Made by a program: the position numbers and the translations under genes. A stretch of DNA of 64,000 nucleotides from a virus (Duplodnaviria; Caudoviricetes): IMG/VR virus record IMGVR_UViG_3300028392_002123. One strand, given 5' to 3'. Shown here in pieces: positions 36,577 to 45,733 of the stretch (the stretch's first letter is position 1; the number at the start of each line of letters is the position of its first letter). The notes beneath the pieces were generated by a model. The model was not told the origin of the DNA and searched no databases. It saw nothing but the letters and a program-made list of their open reading frames with translations.

Positions 36577-39500
36577 TGCGGTTTCTTCCAAGCTTTTGCA
36601 GGAACATTCAGTGTCTTTTCTAAATGTTTAAGCGAAGCATTAATTAATGTATCTGAACTATCGCGTCCCGGTTGCCAGTACCAACGACCACTCTGTGTTT
36701 GTCTTAGTCCCATGGCTTTTAAATCAATGTGACTAAAACTGCCACCGCCACGACCTACATCAAAGAAGTATAGTGTATCAGCAGGATTGCCAGCACTTTC
36801 ATTTTTAGGTTTCTTATGATGCTTTTTCATGTTGATGGCTATAGCGGCCTGCTGTGCGGCATTACCTTCTTCTATGCTTTCATTGGGCACACAGTTATTA
36901 ACTCCGACACCGCCTTTGATCTTAGTGCCTTCTTTGTGCTTGCCTTTCCAGCACTTGGGATCTAATCTTTGTCGAACACTTTCGGCCATGCTGACATTAT
37001 TTTTTAGGTCTTTTGTAATTAACTGTAGTAATTCTTTGGCAGCACCATCGCCCCACTCTAGGCTTTTGATAATAGCGTGTGCGCCTTCCTTGCCTATTTG
37101 TTGAATAATATGCTGTAGTAATTCTCGAGTAACATGTGGTACACCTTTGGCATCACCTTCTGCCTCCGCCACACCCTCGCCTTCGTCTAAGTCCCACACG
37201 GTCCTCAATCCAGATCCGCCGTGATCGCTGAGTAATTCATCAATCATTTCGCTGACATGACTGTCTAATTTATGTTGTGCCGCTAGTCCGGCACGCTCAC
37301 CTTTGGTTACATAGATGCTGGCAACTTTCTTTGCGTTAGCAAAATCTTCGGGTTCATAGCCCAACTCATCGTTTTCAGCTTCATACTCGGGTATGTATTT
37401 TAATATCATTCGACCAATGGTTGGACCAGCATCTGATTCTGCAGTTTTGCCTTGAGCAATATTAGTAATTTGATTTATATCGTCAATTTGATTTGTATTA
37501 CCATTTGCGCCCATGCCTTGCCATACATTGATTTGGTATGCTGGTAGGCCAGTGGCCTGAAGACCGCGATTCATATCGGAAAAATATTTGTTGATGGCTG
37601 ACACGGTTTTAACTATCATAGCAGCCAGTTGCTTTTGATTGTGAGTAGTAAATTCTTTATTGGTATCGAAATACACCTCTGTATAGCCTTGCCCTTGGCC
37701 AGGCTCAACCAAATCCCATCCGTATTTTTGACCAATGACTGTTAATTGTTGTTCAATTCGATCAGGAGTAAATTTTAGGTCTTTTATCAACTGACCTGGA
37801 TCATCGGTGGTAGCAGGCAAGGCTCGGCCATTTACTGTAGCGCCACGAATCCGTTTAGATGGTTGCTCACTGGCATAACTGACTGCAACATATCCACTAA
37901 CAGGATCAGGAGTGTTCTTTTGAATAGCACCCATCATTTTTTGGAATTTTGGATCATCGGTTGCGGCTTCCGCCACACCTTGCTGACCAATTTGTACTAA
38001 CCATTCTAATTCATCGTCAGCATCTTTGACATCAAAGAATTTAACATTAGGAATCTTCTTGGCAGCAAACCATTTGTTGGCTACTTTAACCATAAGGGCA
38101 CGATGTTGTGGATCACGAACATCCGGCTCGTAGCCCCCTGTTAAGTTTGCCCATAACGCACTTGGATTACCATTGCGGTCATAACCTAATAGTTCACGCC
38201 ATTGTTGTTGTAATTGTTGTGGTACATACTGATCTAACTCTGTGTCACTCATCCACTCTTGACCAATGTCAACACCTTCCGCCACATTTTTTTTACCATA
38301 CCGTTGTAGTAAATCTTTACCTGTACTTAATTCAAATGCATCTTTTACATAAGGTCCTAAACGTTCAATAGCACGTTGTTCTATCTTAGGTAAATTTATT
38401 TTAGCATCTTGTATGTTATCATATTCCCCGTATAACACTACTGCACCATCCCAAGCCCATACATAATATTTGCTTGGATCAACATTATACTTACCGCCAT
38501 TAATAGTCTCGATGCCTTCCGCCACACCTTGCTTATAACTTGGTTGTGTAAGTTTAACCGGCGGCGCTTGAACTGCGGCTACTAATAATTTATTTCCAGC
38601 GGCAATAGCATTTTTTAATGCCTCATCTCTACTTGTGGCCACTTGACCAGCATCTTTGAACATAGCAGGATTGCGAACATTTACTGTGGGATTGGGCAAT
38701 GGTTTGTTGTTTATAAAATATTCTTTATTGTTGGCATTTTGTAATATCCACTTGTTTACCTCATACCTATCTTTTAAGAATTGTAGTTTGCCCTCTCCGT
38801 CTTTGCCATCAGTGGGGTCGAGTCCTGACTGAGTCAATTGCTGTAAAAATTTTCCTTGATTTTGTGGATAAGCATCCATATGTTGCACTAACAACCAAGC
38901 CGCATAAGGTGCCGCAGGATATGACCCTTTACCGTCCGCACCTTTGTCAGATAGTATTGTGTTTATATTTTGTTGTATATATGGCCAAACTTTAGCTTGG
39001 AAACCGGCTCGACGAGTAGGATCTTTAAATTGCTGATCTTGATTCATCCAGGCATTAAGTTGTTGTCGAATTTGGTTTGTATTTTGTTCCAAGCCTTCCG
39101 CCACACCTTCTGTTAGATCTTCTGCAGACCATGACTGATAGCTACGGCCATGCTCATCACCACTACGTATCACAAACACGCCGCCGTTGTCGTAGCCGCC
39201 TTCGTCTTCGCCGATTTCCCAGCCAGTGCGAGCCAGTATTTCTTCTATTTTTAACTGTGTGGCTTCGTCACCGTTCCACCACATACGAGCATACTTGTGT
39301 AAGATGTCATCTTCACCGTCACCGCCGCCATTGCCGGGCGCAAATTCATTTAATGAACTTTCACTGACAGGTGCTAGATATTGATCAAATACTTGTTTAA
39401 TTCTTTTTGGATCTGCGGCCCGGGGATAAAGCTGTTTAATAATGCCTAGTCTGCCAGCATCATCTGCTTCGGCATACATTGCACGTACTTGACTGCCGCT

Positions 39501-39959
39501 GTATACTTCTTCACCATTGACATCAAACACATGTTTCTTAGTAACAAACACATAACCGTGCTTGCTCAATGGTTCACATTCTGCAACACTATGAAATGGT
39601 TGATAGTAACCAGGCGTGCCATCTTTTTTGGTATAGGGCATAGGGTCGCGTTCACTGCGAACTATTACTAGAATATCTCTTTCGGGATTGAATTGTTCTG
39701 TGATTTCTCGTGGATTAATTGGCTGACGTACCTGTACAAAAGGATCTACCACGCCTGCTTGCTGTGCTAAAAATTGTTTGGCTTCAAAGGGAATAGGACG
39801 AGTCTTTGTATCATTGCTGGCCGCTACAAAGAACTTGGCATGTGGGAACTCTTGTTTGGCTTGAATATAACTGCTCATGTGTCCTTGATGAAAGGGCTGG
39901 AAACCACCGCCATATACTACGATTACCTGTGGTTGATCTTTTAATTCTAATAAACGCAT
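36573..39959 (-). CDS. 1128-aa polyprotein: N-terminal HxGH nucleotidyltransferase plus about 8 modules joined by VAE/VAEG linkers
   Basis: GGGFQPFHQGH, SGSQVR; five VAE linkers; DUF6624-like AAWLLVQHMD module; CWKG...NCVP module. Confidence 0.85.
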   Translation of the reverse strand: MRLLELKDQPQVIVVYGGGFQPFHQGHMSSYIQAKQEFPHAKFFVAASNDTKTRPIPFEAKQFLAQQAGVVDPFVQVRQPINPREITEQFNPERDILVIVRSERDPMPYTKKDGTPGYYQPFHSVAECEPLSKHGYVFVTKKHVFDVNGEEVYSGSQVRAMYAEADDAGRLGIIKQLYPRAADPKRIKQVFDQYLAPVSESSLNEFAPGNGGGDGEDDILHKYARMWWNGDEATQLKIEEILARTGWEIGEDEGGYDNGGVFVIRSGDEHGRSYQSWSAEDLTEGVAEGLEQNTNQIRQQLNAWMNQDQQFKDPTRRAGFQAKVWPYIQQNINTILSDKGADGKGSYPAAPYAAWLLVQHMDAYPQNQGKFLQQLTQSGLDPTDGKDGEGKLQFLKDRYEVNKWILQNANNKEYFINNKPLPNPTVNVRNPAMFKDAGQVATSRDEALKNAIAAGNKLLVAAVQAPPVKLTQPSYKQGVAEGIETINGGKYNVDPSKYYVWAWDGAVVLYGEYDNIQDAKINLPKIEQRAIERLGPYVKDAFELSTGKDLLQRYGKKNVAEGVDIGQEWMSDTELDQYVPQQLQQQWRELLGYDRNGNPSALWANLTGGYEPDVRDPQHRALMVKVANKWFAAKKIPNVKFFDVKDADDELEWLVQIGQQGVAEAATDDPKFQKMMGAIQKNTPDPVSGYVAVSYASEQPSKRIRGATVNGRALPATTDDPGQLIKDLKFTPDRIEQQLTVIGQKYGWDLVEPGQGQGYTEVYFDTNKEFTTHNQKQLAAMIVKTVSAINKYFSDMNRGLQATGLPAYQINVWQGMGANGNTNQIDDINQITNIAQGKTAESDAGPTIGRMILKYIPEYEAENDELGYEPEDFANAKKVASIYVTKGERAGLAAQHKLDSHVSEMIDELLSDHGGSGLRTVWDLDEGEGVAEAEGDAKGVPHVTRELLQHIIQQIGKEGAHAIIKSLEWGDGAAKELLQLITKDLKNNVSMAESVRQRLDPKCWKGKHKEGTKIKGGVGVNNCVPNESIEEGNAAQQAAIAINMKKHHKKPKNESAGNPADTLYFFDVGRGGGSFSHIDLKAMGLRQTQSGRWYWQPGRDSSDTLINASLKHLEKTLNVPAKAWKKPQ

Positions 39960-41233
39960 TATCTTACCTTTGCAAAATTCTCACGGCTAAAGTCAAGTCT
40001 GTCAACTATCTTAACTGCTTCGGTGCCACCTTTGCCCAAGTGGTCAACAATGACAACACCTTCTTCGGGCTTGACATCATAGCTACCATCTGGACGAGCA
40101 ATGAATGTATTTACTTGTCTAATTTTAGCATAGTGTTGCTGTAGTTTGTTCTTGACATTCTGTATACCCAAGAACAAGAAGTAAACATTTTCAATGGCTT
40201 CTTCGTGACTGCGAATAAATGCCAGTGCGCTTTCAGCGGCTTCACGCTTGCGATCCTGTCCTGTCTGTGTTTTTAATTTAGCAATGTCTGCCTGTAATTT
40301 TTCATCAAAGCGATTGATAAAGTTGGCTACATAGCCGCCGGCATTGTCCATCTGTCCTGCACGTACCATTTTATTAACGTCGATTTTAATAGCGTCACGC
40401 ACAGCATGACCAGCAATGGTAGCATCCAACCATTTAAATGTGTCTGTGCCAATGCCCTTTAAGAAGTTACGTAGTTCAGTGATAGCATAGCGTAGATCAT
40501 AGGTTTCATCTCTGGTCAATGTGACACTACCGCTGACATCTTTAATGCCGGCATCTCTATACCATATAAAAGGACTGGTGCCCAAGCCGCTGACGTCGGC
40601 GCCAAAATGTGCTGTCATATCCTGTACAGTAGGACCGCCTGTATAAGTTGTATGGAACACAATGCCCACTTTACAACGACTCATTTTGTCTGCCAATGGA
40701 CCTGCAGGCACAGCATAGGTCAACAGGTTTGGAGTAAATGTAAAGTATGTTTGTCCATCAATGTCCTGGAAGCCGCTGGTACCATCACCTTCGGTCCATA
40801 ATAAATCACCTTGAAGAATTTTATCTCCATAGTTTAAGTCTTTGAGATAGTTAAAAGCCAATTTTAATTTGTCACGTAATGGACCATAGTTAACAACTTC
40901 TCCATTGCGTTCTTTGTTGGGCTTTAAACGATCAACGTCTGAGGGCTTGTATATTCTGCCATCTTTGGTACTGGCAAATATACCTTTGTCGCCCATGACA
41001 AAATAACCTGTTTCTGGATCTGTGCCCAAGAATAATGCAGGACTGCCATCCCATTTTTTAGTGGCAAAATAACGTTGCTCGGTTGTGCCAGCTAATAAGT
41101 TTGTTGCACCTTCGATGTAGTCAATGGCTTCAATGGCACCTTGGTGGCCACGATTCCATATTTCGTCGTCTAAGTGTTCTAAATGGGTGTTTTTCCCATC
41201 TACTGCTTCGGTGATAATTTGATTTATTTTCAT
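39959..41233 (-). CDS. DUF6267-like protein with ATP-dependent ligase-type motifs
   Basis: KNTHLEHL; TKKWDG (motif I); LQGD; EEGVVI; VKIV; leader MKINQIITE. Confidence 0.72.
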   Translation of the reverse strand: MKINQIITEAVDGKNTHLEHLDDEIWNRGHQGAIEAIDYIEGATNLLAGTTEQRYFATKKWDGSPALFLGTDPETGYFVMGDKGIFASTKDGRIYKPSDVDRLKPNKERNGEVVNYGPLRDKLKLAFNYLKDLNYGDKILQGDLLWTEGDGTSGFQDIDGQTYFTFTPNLLTYAVPAGPLADKMSRCKVGIVFHTTYTGGPTVQDMTAHFGADVSGLGTSPFIWYRDAGIKDVSGSVTLTRDETYDLRYAITELRNFLKGIGTDTFKWLDATIAGHAVRDAIKIDVNKMVRAGQMDNAGGYVANFINRFDEKLQADIAKLKTQTGQDRKREAAESALAFIRSHEEAIENVYFLFLGIQNVKNKLQQHYAKIRQVNTFIARPDGSYDVKPEEGVVIVDHLGKGGTEAVKIVDRLDFSRENFAKVR

Positions 41234-41250
41234 GGGTTTAATTGGAAATA

Positions 41251-41793
41251 TTAAGTATATTTACCTGAATTAAACCAATTAATAAATTTTGCTTCGCCGG
41301 CTTTAAGAGCATCTTCCCAAACAGTACCGGAGTCACCGTCGGCATTGTCGCTGATCCATTTCATGCTGATCCATTTAGTGTTTAGCCTGTCACAGACTTT
41401 GGCAATGGCCCATAGTTCCATGTCCACTATATCGCAGTGGTCTTTAGTCCAATTGTCAGGATCCGTGACAAAGTTATTGCCACTGCCACAGCGTATGCCA
41501 GTTTGGCCGCTGTTGTAATAAAGTATATTTTCGCCCAGCATAAAACCACGTTGACGCAGAGGTTCACAGTTGGCATCACGTTGACATACACTAGCCACAC
41601 TGAGCAGGCCTTGAATGTTTTTAAGTGCGCCCGCGCTACCATAGTTAATGACTAAATCAGGTTGATGTTGAGTTATGGCTTCGTAGGCCATCATTGCGGC
41701 ATTGGATAAACCTACACCTGTGTAGACCACAGGTGCATCAATTAAATCACGGTTTAATTCTTCGGGGAGTGCTACTAGTACTAATGTTTTCAT
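41251..41793 (-). CDS. MTA/SAH nucleosidase-like (PNP/UDP family)
   Basis: YTGVGLSNAA, INYGSAG, VDMELWAIA, KWISDNA. Confidence 0.85.
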   Translation of the reverse strand: MKTLVLVALPEELNRDLIDAPVVYTGVGLSNAAMMAYEAITQHQPDLVINYGSAGALKNIQGLLSVASVCQRDANCEPLRQRGFMLGENILYYNSGQTGIRCGSGNNFVTDPDNWTKDHCDIVDMELWAIAKVCDRLNTKWISMKWISDNADGDSGTVWEDALKAGEAKFINWFNSGKYT

Positions 41794-41911
41794 ATCAGTA
41801 TATATACTGAACAGTCAAATTTATTATTAGTAGCGATTAATGTCTTCGACAATAAAAATTAAAGTATTTAGAAACTCTAATTTTAATTCTTCTAATCTAG
41901 TCTTAGCAACA

Positions 41912-43120
41912 TTATGTGAAGTAGATGTACGGTACATTTTGAGGAGTGCCAGTAGTAATGGTCTTAACTGCCCAGGTTACTCCTGAGTCCGTGCTAACTT
42001 TTATGTTGTTGCCGGCAATTGGTACAATTACTGTAGAACCGTTTCCTATCATTCTTAGATTGGTTGTATAATTGTCACCTGTCCAGGTTGATTTATTTGG
42101 ACTGCTCCAAGATGCTCCGTTATCAGATGAAGTATATGATACGCCATTGTAACTGCCACCACCACACCAGATGACCCAGTTGTTGCCACCACAGTATCTG
42201 ACCTGTGCTTGACCGTTTGTGTTGGTTGTGACCGCAGGACTCAGTGTTGTTGAACTGAATGATGCACCGTTATTGGTACTGCGATTGATAAAAATATTGC
42301 CTGGAGAACCACCACTTGCAGATACTGCAATATACACACCATTACCATAGGCAGTACCACCCTGAACCATGTACCCTGAACTGCTAATGGAACCTCTAGA
42401 TGACCAACTGGTTCCATTGGTCGATGCGTAAACTGTATAGGTACCAGAGTTTGGATTATGTCCTAAAAATTCTGAGCCAGTCCAGGTTATTAATGAAAGA
42501 GTTCCTACACCTAAACTGCTGGCAGTTAGTGTCCAGCTAATACCATTACTTGATGTCATGTGTTGCCAGCCACTGCCAAGCCTATTATAGGCTACCCAAA
42601 GGCCATTGCCGTAGGCAACTGATGATGGTATACTACAAAGATTTGGAAATGCGCCACCGGTGTATATAGGACTGCTGGTAAATGAAGAACTGCCACCCGA
42701 GCCAGAGATCACTAGCGATCGTAATTCTGGATTACCAGAACCATTGGAAGTGGTACACAATATCAATGCAGTACCGCTTGGTCCTTCGTTTACACATTGT
42801 AAGTATGCGCCACCACCATATGAGAAATTGCTTGATGCAATAGATGTAAAATTTACAGCCGTACCCCAAGTCCAAGTTGGTAGAGTTAAAATTTGATAAT
42901 AATTATTATGCCCTGAAGTTGCAAAGTCGATGGTAGCCAGTTTACCCGACGGGCCATTGCTCTTGCCGTAAAAGTCGGCGGCCAGGCGAATAGCACCAGA
43001 TGCAACGCCAGCTAGGCCTCTAGGTACTGCTCCACCAATGCTAATTTGTGCAGTGGTGCTATTACCTAATTCAGTGTTTACATTACCTAATGAAATTGTC
43101 CCGCTGGCTTGTAGTGTCAT
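41912..43120 (-). CDS. Virion structural/fibre-associated protein with BNR-like SxDG/SxNG repeats
   Basis: MTLQASGTISL...FYGKS N-terminus; repeated SSNGISW, STNGTSW, STNNGASF, SSDNGASW, STDSGVTW. Confidence 0.7.
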   Translation of the reverse strand: MTLQASGTISLGNVNTELGNSTTAQISIGGAVPRGLAGVASGAIRLAADFYGKSNGPSGKLATIDFATSGHNNYYQILTLPTWTWGTAVNFTSIASSNFSYGGGAYLQCVNEGPSGTALILCTTSNGSGNPELRSLVISGSGGSSSFTSSPIYTGGAFPNLCSIPSSVAYGNGLWVAYNRLGSGWQHMTSSNGISWTLTASSLGVGTLSLITWTGSEFLGHNPNSGTYTVYASTNGTSWSSRGSISSSGYMVQGGTAYGNGVYIAVSASGGSPGNIFINRSTNNGASFSSTTLSPAVTTNTNGQAQVRYCGGNNWVIWCGGGSYNGVSYTSSDNGASWSSPNKSTWTGDNYTTNLRMIGNGSTVIVPIAGNNIKVSTDSGVTWAVKTITTGTPQNVPYIYFT

Positions 43121-43139
43121 AGTAGATCCAAAATAAATG

Positions 43140-43241
43140 CTCACTAAGAACGCCATTCCAGGGCACGACTCCTATAACGTTCTGCCCAGCAGCCGGGCAA
43201 CCCTTTAGTAACGCTAACGTCCTAAGGTAGGGTGTTACTAG
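43140..43241 (-). ncRNA. Candidate structured non-coding RNA
   Basis: GC-enriched intergenic stretch with several complementary pairs, starting right after an ATAAATA box. Confidence 0.45.
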
Positions 43242-43248
43242 TATTTAT
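43242..43248 (-). promoter_or_regulatory. Late-type promoter core ATAAATA
   Basis: Overlaps the stop of 43245..43907, immediately 5' of the candidate RNA. Confidence 0.5.
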
Positions 43249-43907
43249 TCGATTTGGGATCTAAGAAGCTTAATGTATTCTCGAGTTTTGTCTGTGGCCA
43301 CGCCTGTTATTTGAAAAGTAACACGCGGATGATGTCCGGCGTTGGCAGTACTGTGCGGTACATTGTGCCAGTCAAATGTAGTAATATCTCCTGCATGCCA
43401 TTTGTTATAATGAAAGTTTCCATACTCCCAAAACTGACCAGGTTGCCAGTCTGTTAGCTGTATCATTATTCTTATCACACTATCTGGATTTTCAGGATTC
43501 CATTTTTGTAATTTATCTAAATGTAAATTCCATACTTCGCCGGGCTGTTGTACATGAATACGTTCCATGCAATCAGACAAAGCAAATTTTTTACTAATAT
43601 CTCGTAACGACTCGGGTATCTGCCAATTTAAATGTGTAATAGGTAAATCTTTGCTCATACCATGTCGAGTTAGATCGTATTCTTCCGAGGCTAGTTCGTC
43701 ACTGGGACCTTGTACACCTTCTGCTTTATATCCACGTGTGGCCCATGTTGCAGGTTTAGCTTGGGCAATAATGTCATTTAGATCTTCTTGCCATGTAGGC
43801 TGTATATTACCTAGATAAATCACTGTGTCATATTCGGGGTCAATGATAAATTGATCGTGAAAATGATAATTGCTTTTTAATTTACTGGTTTCCCAACTAC
43901 TGTTCAT
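43245..43907 (-). CDS. Cupin/2OG-Fe(II)-like oxygenase
   Basis: IHVQQPGEVWNLHLD (HxD), W..GD, PHSTAN..R. Confidence 0.65.
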   Translation of the reverse strand: MNSSWETSKLKSNYHFHDQFIIDPEYDTVIYLGNIQPTWQEDLNDIIAQAKPATWATRGYKAEGVQGPSDELASEEYDLTRHGMSKDLPITHLNWQIPESLRDISKKFALSDCMERIHVQQPGEVWNLHLDKLQKWNPENPDSVIRIMIQLTDWQPGQFWEYGNFHYNKWHAGDITTFDWHNVPHSTANAGHHPRVTFQITGVATDKTREYIKLLRSQIE

Positions 43908-43908
43908 T

Positions 43909-44889
43909 TTATTCCTTGGTAATGTCTATGTTATTTAACACTGGTAAAAAGGTTGAACGCAATTCTTCTATGTGCTTTTTAAGTCCCTGCGGAGTTAATT
44001 CATTTTCTTCGTAGAACACCACATTCTGTCTGCGCCATTCACGATATTCTTCACTGCGTACAGCTTCTGCAAATGTGCGTTGATACCATTCAATGACGTC
44101 AGCGTCTGTGCCGCGGGGCAATTGAATACTCCAAGCCGCGTAGACATTGATACCTGGTGCCACTGTGTTTAACAAAGGAACATCAGGATACTGTGGCATC
44201 TTTCGTGTGCCAGTGAATCCAATGGCTTTGACCTTGCCTGCTTCTATCAATGGTCTGGCAACTGCAATGGGCATAATACCAAACTCTGTGCCATCTTTAC
44301 CAGAATAACTAGCCACACTGGTCACTGCTGGCAGTGGCCCATTAAATTTAATTGGCTGGACCATGGATTTATTTCCCTGAGCTCGATGCATGAGAAATTC
44401 GTAGGCTGTTCTGTGTGCGCCGCCACCCACTGCTACATTAATGGGTTTTTTAGTTGTATTAATTAATTTAATAAATTCCTGCGGTGTATTAATTGAGCTA
44501 CTTACGTGCGCTACTAATACCAATGGACTTTTTCCCATGGTTAATACATCAATAAAATCATCATATTTAAATTTTTTAACATTCTTTTCCCATATATCAT
44601 TGGTCACATACATGCTCATATGACTGGGCAAGGCAATGGTATAACCGTCTGCAGAACTGTCTGAGAATTTATTTAATGCAATTACGCTGTCTGCTCCGGG
44701 GATATTTTGCACAACATAGTTAAATTTAGGATATGATGTTTTTTGTACAATTTCTGCTAGTTTCCTAAATGCTATTTCATTGCCAGCACCGGGTGTATTA
44801 CCCACAATAACAGTAACTGGTTTAGTGGGTTCCCATGCATGTGCCATTAAACTAATAGATAATGCGAATAATGCCAGTAATTTTTTCAT
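43909..44889 (-). CDS. TctC/Bug tripartite tricarboxylate transporter substrate-binding protein
   Basis: Signal peptide, KPVTVIVG..PG, NIPGA, ADGYT, KVKAIGFTGTRK..YPDVP. Confidence 0.88.
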   Translation of the reverse strand: MKKLLALFALSISLMAHAWEPTKPVTVIVGNTPGAGNEIAFRKLAEIVQKTSYPKFNYVVQNIPGADSVIALNKFSDSSADGYTIALPSHMSMYVTNDIWEKNVKKFKYDDFIDVLTMGKSPLVLVAHVSSSINTPQEFIKLINTTKKPINVAVGGGAHRTAYEFLMHRAQGNKSMVQPIKFNGPLPAVTSVASYSGKDGTEFGIMPIAVARPLIEAGKVKAIGFTGTRKMPQYPDVPLLNTVAPGINVYAAWSIQLPRGTDADVIEWYQRTFAEAVRSEEYREWRRQNVVFYEENELTPQGLKKHIEELRSTFLPVLNNIDITKE

Positions 44890-45179
44890 TTTGTGTCCTT
44901 GACTGTGTCTAAATATTCAGCACGACTAATTGTAGTGCCATCTTCTAATATTACTTCACGACCCCACTGGAACATATTCCATATACGATCATGAATATAA
45001 TACATTAATGCGTTAATTGTAAATTGACAGATAAAAATAATGCTGGCAGTTTCAGCGGCGCTGGCACCGGCTCGTGCTACAAAATAAACAATGGCGGCTG
45101 TTGTGCTACCGCCAATAATTCTCCAGCTTATTAATCTTACTATGCTACGACTGCGCCAATCATTGAATTTCTTTTTCAT
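44886..45179 (-). CDS. DUF2061-like membrane protein
   Basis: RSIVRLISWRII...YYIHDRIW. Confidence 0.75.
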   Translation of the reverse strand: MKKKFNDWRSRSIVRLISWRIIGGSTTAAIVYFVARAGASAAETASIIFICQFTINALMYYIHDRIWNMFQWGREVILEDGTTISRAEYLDTVKDTK

Positions 45180-45180
45180 T

Positions 45181-45732
45181 TTATTTCCTAAAAATTAAAT
45201 CTTCTATTTCATCTGGAATCCAGGGCTTGCTCATGCGTTCTGGATGCCATACTATGCCTGCTATATTTCCGTCTATCCAAGATTCGCAGTAGCCTTCAGA
45301 ATCTACTGCCAGTACTGTGGCATTTTTATGCGGTTCAGTTATTTGTAAATTATGATAACTGTTCACTAGGTATGCATCTCCAAAATGATAAACAGTATGA
45401 CTGGTTTCCATGTGTGTTGCACATTCGTCGATTTTACCGCCTAATATATCTGTTAACATGAAACAGCCATGGCAAATGCCTAATATTGGTTTTTGCCAAG
45501 TCATCATTTCTGTGGCTATTTTTAATTCTACGCTTCTGCGTAGAGTACTGTCGTCGCCGCCGGTGATTATCAACACATCCAAGGGATCTGCTAATAATTC
45601 AAAATCCTGATCTACTATATTTGGGATAAAAGTAAGCGTATGATCTTTTAAGTATGAATACCATCCATGCTCAATCGAATCATACGCTCTGCCTTTGTGA
45701 TATAGGATCCTCTGTGTGAGTCCAATATTCAA
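45181..45732 (-). CDS. Class I glutamine amidotransferase / peptidase C26 (gamma-glutamyl hydrolase-like)
   Basis: ITGGDD, PILGICHG, VNSYH, VWHPE. Confidence 0.88.
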   Translation of the reverse strand: MNIGLTQRILYHKGRAYDSIEHGWYSYLKDHTLTFIPNIVDQDFELLADPLDVLIITGGDDSTLRRSVELKIATEMMTWQKPILGICHGCFMLTDILGGKIDECATHMETSHTVYHFGDAYLVNSYHNLQITEPHKNATVLAVDSEGYCESWIDGNIAGIVWHPERMSKPWIPDEIEDLIFRK

Positions 45733-45733
45733 T

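Noticed and set aside
27482-39110. GVAEG DNA repeats as a CRISPR array
   Set aside because: Core is only 11-17 bp, spacing is irregular (about 240 bp to 10 kb), all copies are in frame within ORFs, and no cas genes are present
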